DNA from: an uncultured virus (IMG/VR IMGVR_UViG_3300006137_000106)
Lineage: Duplodnaviria; Heunggongvirae; Uroviricota; Caudoviricetes
Virus record (IMG/VR): IMGVR_UViG_3300006137_000106
Direction: 5' to 3' (one strand)
Length of the DNA stretch: 64,000 nt
Positions 20,070 to 26,910 of this stretch are shown piece by piece (within the stretch, counting starts at the first letter, position 1; the number at the start of each line of letters is the position of its first letter). The translations under genes were made by a program, and so were the position numbers. The notes below the pieces were generated by a model, which did not search any database, was not told the DNA's origin, and worked only from the letters and a program-made list of their open reading frames with translations.

Positions 20070-20312
20070 GTGGAGAAAAAACAGGATACAAAACATCTGG
20101 TTATTATAGAATCCAATGGAGTGAACAAATCAAAAATCACGATAGATGGAGTGGATCTGTCAGAGGCGATCACTGAAATACGCTTTGTACATAAAGGTGG
20201 GCAGCTTCCGGTAGTGGAGATTACGCTTACTCAATGCGATATAAGCATAAGCAATCCGCGAATCCCACAATTACCAGAAGTATTCAGAACTTTTTATAGA
20301 GCTGTCGATTAA
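20070..20312 (+). CDS. Hypothetical protein
   Basis: ORF with GGGGTGA RBS; KITIDGVDLS beta-rich pattern. Confidence 0.6.
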   Translation: MEKKQDTKHLVIIESNGVNKSKITIDGVDLSEAITEIRFVHKGGQLPVVEITLTQCDISISNPRIPQLPEVFRTFYRAVD

Positions 20313-20494
20313 GTCAGATTATTAAAGATTGGGCAGTCTGAACAGGCTTCTATGGTGTTGCTGTATTTGCAATAGTAAGTACATGGCGTTATGAAATCTG
20401 CCTGTAATGTGGAGGTTATGTTATAGGTGACAGTAATGGCAACATTCATGTCCTGCTTAGGGCAATAACCTGTAACGGATTCTTTTTTAGTCAT
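20309..20494 (-). CDS. Small Cys-rich protein (GYCP...C...C..DCP), antisense cassette 3
   Basis: TTGTTC-17-TATACT promoter, AGAAAGGAG RBS; paralog of 18767-18961. Confidence 0.7.
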   Translation of the reverse strand: MTKKESVTGYCPKQDMNVAITVTYNITSTLQADFITPCTYYCKYSNTIEACSDCPIFNNLT

Positions 20495-20765
20495 AGTTTT
20501 CTCCTTTCTTCTGTAGTCGGCTGCTGCAACAGCCTGTAAGACAGTATAAGGCAGGAACAGTAAAAGAACAAGATACAATAAAGTTAGTAGATAAGAAATT
20601 GGTTTATAATTGAATAGGAGGAATAAGAAGTGACAGAACAACAGTTAAGGCAGGCAGCAGATTTTTGGAATACAAAGCCATTGAAATCTGACAATATTGC
20701 GTTAGGAGGCATTATCCCGCTACCCAATGGCGAGAAAGGTATGGTTGTAGAGGAGGCGGAAAGAA

Positions 20766-21323
20766 TTGGTAGGAAGAGGGTTTCAATCAGAGAAAGTTAA
20801 TAAGGTTAGCAAATTAGTAAAAACAACACTCACTTCTATAGAAGTGGCACAGATGGTAGAAAAGCGCCATGCAGATTTGTTGAAAGATATTCGCAGATAT
20901 GTAGAGCAACTAGGAGAGGGAAAAATCTCCCCGTCCGATTTCTTTGCAGAATCAACTTACATTAATGAGCAAAACAAGGTGATGCCTTGTTTCATGGTCA
21001 CAAAGAAAGGCTGTGAATTTATTGCCCATAAGTTAACAGGTCAGAAAGGTACAGAATTTACAGCACGATACATCAATCGCTTTTATGAAATGGAAAGAGA
21101 GCTGATGGCTGTTAGTCCATCAGAAATTCCATTAGGCGAACTTGCAAGCTATCTAAAAATCATGGACAAGGTTGCAAATAGACAAAAACTTGCATCGTAC
21201 AAGATAGCGGCGAATTTTAAGAAGGTGTCAGAGCAGTTCGGAGTACAACTTACAGAGGATTTTGTAAGCATACCAGAATATAACCAAATGGATTTATTCA
21301 GTATGGGTGACAAGAAGGAATGA
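20766..21323 (+). CDS. Rha-family phage regulatory protein
   Basis: LTSIEVAQMVEKRHADLLKDIR, FF.ESTY, TKKGCEFIAHKLTGQKG..FTARYINRF. Confidence 0.9.
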   Translation: MVGRGFQSEKVNKVSKLVKTTLTSIEVAQMVEKRHADLLKDIRRYVEQLGEGKISPSDFFAESTYINEQNKVMPCFMVTKKGCEFIAHKLTGQKGTEFTARYINRFYEMERELMAVSPSEIPLGELASYLKIMDKVANRQKLASYKIAANFKKVSEQFGVQLTEDFVSIPEYNQMDLFSMGDKKE

Positions 21324-21364
21324 TGTAGATTTGGGACAAGCTTTAGGCAGAGAGGAAATTAAAA

Positions 21365-21562
21365 GTGAGAAAGAACTTGAAAGAAGCCCGCCAGAAAGCG
21401 GGCATGACACAGAAGCAGGTAGCAGAGTATTTAGGAATAAGTGAACATGCTTATCAGAAAATTGAGTATGGAAAACGTATTGGAAAAATTGAAAATTGGG
21501 ATAAACTCGAGGATTTATTTGGAATTTCTCAACGATATTTAAGGCAGATGCCTACCAACTAA
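21365..21562 (+). CDS. XRE HTH protein
   Basis: LKEARQKAGMTQKQVAEYLGISEHAYQKIEYG. Confidence 0.85.
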   Translation: MRKNLKEARQKAGMTQKQVAEYLGISEHAYQKIEYGKRIGKIENWDKLEDLFGISQRYLRQMPTN

Positions 21563-21745
21563 TTCATCAAGAGAGATGTCAAAAATATCAGCAATTTGAA
21601 TCAGTGTATCTAAATTTGGTTCTCTAGTATTAAGCTCATACTTTTGATATGCATTTGGGGTCATTTCTAGTTTAGCAGCCATTTGTTTTTGAGTTAGATT
21701 AGCTGAAAGGCGGTATTGTTTAAGAGTAGAAGAAAAATTATTCAT
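21539..21745 (-). CDS. XRE HTH protein, convergent with the previous gene
   Basis: LTQKQMAAKLEMTPNAYQKYELNTREP; GGAGG RBS. Confidence 0.85.
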   Translation of the reverse strand: MNNFSSTLKQYRLSANLTQKQMAAKLEMTPNAYQKYELNTREPNLDTLIQIADIFDISLDELVGRHLP

Positions 21746-21762
21746 AAAAACCTCCGTTAGTA

Positions 21763-21816
21763 TTGACATTCAAGTTGAATGTTAGTATAATACAATACAA
21801 CATTCAATTTGAATGC
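21763..21816 (+). promoter_or_regulatory. Consensus sigma-A promoter with two palindromic operators
   Basis: TTGACA-17-TATAAT (21763-21791); ACATTCAA-G-TTGAATGT (21766-21782) and ACATTCAA-T-TTGAATGC (21800-21816). Confidence 0.85.
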
Positions 21817-21876
21817 GTACAGAATAAATGTGCATAATAACATTTTATTTTACCACAAGTTAGGAGGTAAAGGCAA

Positions 21877-22149
21877 TTGGTAGCAGAAAAAGTTAAACAG
21901 CTAGAGCAGGAAAATATATCACTCAAGGCACAAGTGGAGGAGTTACAGAACCTATGTGGAACCAATGCAAGTGTTCCAATGAACTGTGAATACTGCAAAA
22001 ACTTTATCCAGCATTACATTAAAACTGGTATGCAGTATTCTCCGGTATATTCAGGGCATTGTGTCGCAGGGAAGCAGACGAAATCGAGGAGAACAGATGA
22101 TACCTGCAAAGCTTTTGTAAGAAAGGCATATGGCAAGAATCATATTTAA
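21877..22149 (+). CDS. Hypothetical Cys-rich protein
   Basis: AGGAGG RBS; CEYCKNF..GHC..C. Confidence 0.65.
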   Translation: MVAEKVKQLEQENISLKAQVEELQNLCGTNASVPMNCEYCKNFIQHYIKTGMQYSPVYSGHCVAGKQTKSRRTDDTCKAFVRKAYGKNHI

Positions 22150-22290
22150 TTTAGGTGTTACCAGCACCTATGGCGTATAAGTTAGAGTATTAACCAACAA
22201 AGTTTAATTTAGGTGTTACCAGCACCTATGGGCGTACAAGTTACAATGTCAACCAACAAAGGAACTCATTACAATATCAGCCAACACTAA
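22145..22290 (+). repeat. Two ~58-bp tandem units plus a partial third
   Basis: TTTAATTTAGGTGTTACCAGCACCTATGG..AACCAACAAAG at 22145-22202 and 22203-22261; TTACAATATCAGCCAAC at 22269-22285. Confidence 0.9.
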
Positions 22291-22337
22291 TATTGTACAA
22301 CCGCTACCACATAAAGATAAAATGGAGGTGATATATC

Positions 22338-22499
22338 ATGGCAACGAAGACAAAGAAAACAAAAAAGAACGAGTATACATGTACAGTAGAGTTTACAGAG
22401 GGTAGTGAACAGCGTATTACTGAAGCGCTTGTTGAACTGTATTATAACAGACTCCGTGGAATTACCAAGACAGATGACAATGCAGAGAATTACGTATAA
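22338..22499 (+). CDS. Small basic protein (53 aa), function unknown
   Basis: GGAGGTG RBS; MATKTKKTKKNEYTCTVEFTEGSEQRITEALVELYYNRLRG. Confidence 0.65.
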   Translation: MATKTKKTKKNEYTCTVEFTEGSEQRITEALVELYYNRLRGITKTDDNAENYV

Positions 22500-22509
22500 G
22501 AGGGATTAG

Positions 22510-22710
22510 TCGTGCCCTCTGTGCGGCACATATGCTGGTGTGTGTCGCAGCCTCTTTTCTAAAAATTTCATATGCAGCGGACACAGGATAAAATATGCCT
22601 GTGTGCCGCGCAGGGGGCATGTGGACAAGCTGTGTGCTTTGTACGTGGTGCATATGCATCACATTCCCAGTAGATTAGCGGGCGTGCAGGGATAAAAGCC
22701 TGTGCGCCAA
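22510..22710 (+). ncRNA. Candidate structured non-coding RNA
   Basis: GC-rich intergenic block with several helices whose mismatches are G-U wobbles on the + strand. Confidence 0.45.
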
Positions 22711-22927
22711 CACAATTATACTAAATATAAAGGTTTATTTCTAAACCAATTAAAAAATAACATATCCCGCAGGTTTCCACAATCTGAAAACAGTTGTTCA
22801 ACTGAAAACCTGCGGAATCTCCACCGACTGATACTGCAATATCTACGGCGGCATGTCTAACACAACAAGTATATCTTAACACAGTAACAGGAAAATTGGC
22901 AACAGATATGGAAAGGAGGAAAAGGAA

Positions 22928-23110
22928 TTGAGTACAAAAAAGAAAGCCCAGAAAAAACTTCATAATTATGAAGAGAAAGTACGTAGATGTGGTGTTACAC
23001 CACGAGAGACAGTTTATACAGATTTATATAGTGTTTTACAAATTCTGTATGCTCAAAAGAAATATGAGCTTGTAACAGCTCTGTGCGATGCAGCAATACT
23101 GAATATGTAA
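22928..23110 (+). CDS. Hypothetical protein
   Basis: AAGGAGG/AAGGA RBS; followed by hairpin ATACTGGAAGGT..ACCTTCCAGTAT. Confidence 0.55.
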   Translation: MSTKKKAQKKLHNYEEKVRRCGVTPRETVYTDLYSVLQILYAQKKYELVTALCDAAILNM

Positions 23111-23313
23111 TGTTAATACTGGAAGGTCGGGAACTCCAACCTTCCAGTATCCATAGACAGCTAACAGGTATGCTGCACTATTGTGTGTTATACAGAATAA
23201 TTATTCTTCACTAACATATTCTGGAGAGCAGAACGAACTGTATGCGCTGCCAAATAAAAAACGGTTAAAGAGGGAAAGACAAGCCTATGAAGAGGCAGAA
23301 AGAAAGGTAGGAA

Positions 23314-24243
23314 ATGAGCAGTATACAAGCAGTAATTTCGCAGGAACGTGCAACAATTACCTGTAATTTTGCACAAGTAGAGCAGGCGATAAAGGATAAG
23401 CTTGCAGAGTATGAAGAGGCAGTATTTACAGAAGACAGTAAAACATATGCGAAGAAAGAAGTTGCCAGTTTGCGGGCAGAAAAAAAGTCTTTGCAGGATA
23501 ATATGCGTGATGCAAAAAAACGATATATGGAGCCTTGGGACGATTTTGAGGCGCAAGCAAAGAAGCTGATAGGACTGTATGATGAACCAATTAATTTGAT
23601 TAATGGGCAAATACAGGCATTTGAGGAAAAGCGTGTTTCAGAAAAGAAGCAGATTATTAAGAAAATCTATGAATGTGTTCCTGAAGATTTGCAGGCATAT
23701 ATTTCTTTTGAACGTATTTACAATTCAAAGTGGGAAAATGCTACATATAAGGAAAAGGACATTAAAACAGATATTGCAGGGCTTATTCACAGAACGCAAA
23801 ATGACTTAAATACAATTACTTCCATGCAGTCTGAGGCTGTTGAAAAGGCATTAAATATATACAAGGATAATTTAAATCTTACAGACGCAATTACATACAT
23901 AAACAATTATGAGCGGCAGAAGCAGGAGATTCTTGACAGAGAACAGGAAAAACAACGTTATGAGGAAGCAGAGCGCATCAGGCGCGAGGAGCGCGAAAAA
24001 GTGCTTGTAGAGCAGAGAGCTAAAGAAGCGCGGGAGGCAGCATTGCGACAGGCAGAGGCAGAAAAAAATGTTGCTGTTGAGCAGGCAAAAGTGGAAGCTG
24101 CACAGGAAGTAATAGAAAGCTTTATTCCGAATATATGGGAAGACACAGAACTGTATGAGTACAGAATTTCACTTTCTGCTGATGCAAAGGAAAAGTTAGA
24201 AATGTACATGGACAGTGTTGGAATAGAATGGGAGATGATGTGA
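23314..24243 (+). CDS. DUF1351-like coiled-coil phage protein
   Basis: I.CNF..V, AKKEVASLR, KKRYMEPW..FE, WENAT; position before the annealing protein. Confidence 0.75.
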   Translation: MSSIQAVISQERATITCNFAQVEQAIKDKLAEYEEAVFTEDSKTYAKKEVASLRAEKKSLQDNMRDAKKRYMEPWDDFEAQAKKLIGLYDEPINLINGQIQAFEEKRVSEKKQIIKKIYECVPEDLQAYISFERIYNSKWENATYKEKDIKTDIAGLIHRTQNDLNTITSMQSEAVEKALNIYKDNLNLTDAITYINNYERQKQEILDREQEKQRYEEAERIRREEREKVLVEQRAKEAREAALRQAEAEKNVAVEQAKVEAAQEVIESFIPNIWEDTELYEYRISLSADAKEKLEMYMDSVGIEWEMM

Positions 24244-24890
24244 TGGATAATCTTAAATATTACGATTTAGGGCGTGCGGTTCCTGATACTGCAAAAAGAC
24301 CTATCCAGGGCGGCAGAATGAATGGGAAGACGGATATTAATCCCATGTGGAGAATAAAGATGCTGACTGAAATGTTTGGACCATGCGGAATCGGTTGGTA
24401 TTATGAATCTGTGAGAGAATGGACCGAATCTTATGAGCAATCTATAGCAGCATTTGTAAGAATTAAGCTTTACATAAAAGTTGATGGCGAGTGGTCTATG
24501 CCAATACAGGGGATTGGTGGAAGTATGTTTGTGGAGATACAGAAATCAGGTCCATATGTTTCTGATGAGTGTTTCAAGATGGCAACAACAGATGCAATAT
24601 CAGTTGCGTGTAAACAATTAGGGATCGGGGCAGATGTCTACTGGGATAAAGATAAAACAAAATATGGCGCAAACGCCGATTCGCAGAAACAGAAAGAAAC
24701 GCCAAAGACGGACGCTGAAAGAGATAGTTTATTAGAAACTTTGAAAAACGAACTTATCCGAACTGGATACACTTGGAATGCGGTTATAAAGACTTATAAA
24801 GTTGATAACGTAGATACATTGTCAAAACTTCAAATCAAGGACTGTATCTCAAAGATGAAGAAGCAGCCTGATAGGGTGGTATCACAATGA
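24243..24890 (+). CDS. Rad52/Sak-like single-strand annealing protein
   Basis: TDINPMWRIKMLTEMFGPCGIGW, DECFKMATTDAISVACKQLGIGADVY. Confidence 0.75.
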   Translation: MDNLKYYDLGRAVPDTAKRPIQGGRMNGKTDINPMWRIKMLTEMFGPCGIGWYYESVREWTESYEQSIAAFVRIKLYIKVDGEWSMPIQGIGGSMFVEIQKSGPYVSDECFKMATTDAISVACKQLGIGADVYWDKDKTKYGANADSQKQKETPKTDAERDSLLETLKNELIRTGYTWNAVIKTYKVDNVDTLSKLQIKDCISKMKKQPDRVVSQ

Positions 24891-25471
24891 AACTAACAGC
24901 TAAAATAAAGGATATTGGGCGCACTCTTAATGGAAAGTATACCTTGATGTTTGAAAGTGCTCAAATTCCAACAAATGAAGCGGCAAAGCTGTTACAGGAA
25001 GAATGTCTTGACATTGAAATTAAAAAGCATCGGAGGAAGCGGAGTCTTGACGCAAACAGATATTATTGGGAGTTGGCTTCACGGCTTGCAGAATCACTTC
25101 ATGTAAGTAAGCCATATATACATAATTATCTTTTACGACGATATGGGCAGATAGAGATGATAGATGAACAAGCAGTGTATATTGTTATCCCAGATACGGA
25201 ATCAGCGCAGAAATCTGTGGACGAAGCACAGACATACCACCTGAAGCCTACACCGCAGGTAAAGCAGGGAAAAGGCGGTACAATGTATCGTATATATATG
25301 ATGTTGAAAGGTTCCAGCGAATATGACGCAAAAGAGATGTCGCACTTAATAGATGGTCTTGTTGGGGAATGTAAAGAGATGGGGATTGAAACACTTTCGC
25401 CAGCAGAACTAGAAAGAATGATGACAGAGTATGAGAAACATCAAAAGAGCGCTAATAGATTAATTCGGTAA
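24887..25471 (+). CDS. NinB-like recombination protein
   Basis: KRSLDANRYYW and GSSEYD.KEMS.LID motifs. Confidence 0.65.
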   Translation: MKLTAKIKDIGRTLNGKYTLMFESAQIPTNEAAKLLQEECLDIEIKKHRRKRSLDANRYYWELASRLAESLHVSKPYIHNYLLRRYGQIEMIDEQAVYIVIPDTESAQKSVDEAQTYHLKPTPQVKQGKGGTMYRIYMMLKGSSEYDAKEMSHLIDGLVGECKEMGIETLSPAELERMMTEYEKHQKSANRLIR

Positions 25472-25546
25472 CTATTAATTATTCATACGGGTTATATATC
25501 ACGGAAAACCGGCGGTAGCCAAACCGCCGACGGAAAGGAGGGTTAC

Positions 25547-25918
25547 GTGGAATATAAGCTAATAATTCCCAGTCGCCTTGACTGTCTGAATGACTACATA
25601 GCCGCTGAGCGTACAAATCGCCACAAAGGAGCGAAGATGAAAGCGGACAATGGCAATATTGTTGTAGTGGCGATCAGACAATGCTTGAGGGACGTAAGGA
25701 TTAATAAGCCAGTATTCATGGAATATATATGGGTTGAACCGAATAAGCGTCGAGACCTTGATAATATTTCGAGTTTTGGGCGCAAGGTAATCCAAGATTC
25801 ACTTGTACAGTGTGGTGTGCTGAAAGGTGATGGTTGGAAGTATGTTGTCGGATTTTCCGATAGGTTTGATGTGGATCGGGATAATCCACGGATTGAAATT
25901 TTGATAAGAGAGGTATAG
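25547..25918 (+). CDS. rusA: RusA-like Holliday junction resolvase
   Basis: RRDLDNI..K.IQDSLV..GVL..D, NPRIEILI. Confidence 0.8.
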   Translation: MEYKLIIPSRLDCLNDYIAAERTNRHKGAKMKADNGNIVVVAIRQCLRDVRINKPVFMEYIWVEPNKRRDLDNISSFGRKVIQDSLVQCGVLKGDGWKYVVGFSDRFDVDRDNPRIEILIREV

Positions 25919-25922
25919 GGAA

Positions 25923-26909
25923 GTGACATATTTAGACCTTATTAATTTATTCTGGGATTCAGCCACGATAAATCCATTGTCTACAGGGCAGGTGTCGTTA
26001 TACTTTGCGTTATTGCATGTATGCAACAGGAGCTATTGGACAGAGTGGTTTTCAGTGCCGAATCAGGTACTATCTATATTGACCGGACTTTCAAGGGCAG
26101 GAATACAGAAAGCGAGAAATGAGTTAAAGCAAAGAGGGTTTATTGAATTTAAAGAGCAAGGAACGAAAGCGACTTGTTACAAGATTGTTATGGAAAATAG
26201 TGTTCAAAAAGGTGTTCAAGACAACTGCCTTATAGCAAATAGTGTTCAAGATGGTGTTCAAGTTAGTGTTCAAAAAGGTGTTCAAGACAACTGCCTTATA
26301 GCAAATAGTGTTCAAGATGGTGCTCAAGTTAGTGTTCAAAAAGGTGTTCAAGACAACTGCCTTATAGCAAATAGTGTTCAAGATGGTGCTCAAGTTAGTG
26401 TTCAAAAAGGTGTTCAAGACAACTGCCTTATAGCAAATAGTGTTCAAGATGGTGTTCAAGTTAGTGTTCAAAAAGGTGTTCAAGACAACTGCCTTATAGC
26501 AAATAGTGTTCAAGTTAGTGTTCAAAAAGGTGTTCAAAATGGTGGCACATTAAAAGACATAAGACAAAAGATAAAAGATAAAGAAATACCCCCTATATCC
26601 CCCATCAGACGATTTGATGATTTTTTGAATGCATACCCAAACAAGCAGCGGCGCTATTTGGCAGAAAAAGCATACTGCGATTTGATTGTGTCTGGAACGG
26701 TTACGGAAGATGCTTTAGTTTTTGCCGCTCAAAATTACGCAGCGCATGTTGCTGAAGCTGGTGGCAGAATGTACCTGCCAAACAATTTCTTGGAGAACTA
26801 TGTCTTTGAGGATTATCTGCCGAAGATGGAAGAACCGTCCAAAAACGATCCAAAAAAAGAACCAGAAGAGGAGCTGGTGGGTGATGACTGGCTGGATTTG
26901 GAGGTCTGA
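25923..26909 (+). CDS. Phage replication initiator-like protein (winged-helix N-terminus, internal repeats)
   Basis: LYFALLHVCNR..W..WF, LTGLSRAGIQKARNELKQRGFIEF; FDDFLNAYP C-terminal domain. Confidence 0.75.
   Translation: MTYLDLINLFWDSATINPLSTGQVSLYFALLHVCNRSYWTEWFSVPNQVLSILTGLSRAGIQKARNELKQRGFIEFKEQGTKATCYKIVMENSVQKGVQDNCLIANSVQDGVQVSVQKGVQDNCLIANSVQDGAQVSVQKGVQDNCLIANSVQDGAQVSVQKGVQDNCLIANSVQDGVQVSVQKGVQDNCLIANSVQVSVQKGVQNGGTLKDIRQKIKDKEIPPISPIRRFDDFLNAYPNKQRRYLAEKAYCDLIVSGTVTEDALVFAAQNYAAHVAEAGGRMYLPNNFLENYVFEDYLPKMEEPSKNDPKKEPEEELVGDDWLDLEV
26196..26538 (+). repeat. Iteron-like array, probable replication origin
   Basis: Four full 66-bp units plus partial units, built from GTG(T/C)TCAA octamers at 12-bp spacing, inside the initiator gene. 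Confidence 0.85.
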
Positions 26910-26910
26910 C

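Noticed and set aside
22145..22290. Mini-CRISPR or type III antitoxin repeat
   Set aside because: The inter-repeat segments resemble each other rather than being unique spacers, and no ToxN/CptN-like gene follows; complementarity to 9913-9976 explains the repeat better
26196..26538. CRISPR array
   Set aside because: Units are wholly repeated with no unique spacers, lie in frame inside a replication gene, and there are no cas genes
26722..26910. N-terminal extension of the primase-helicase ORF
   Set aside because: Overlaps the initiator gene; a GGAGG RBS supports ATG 26911
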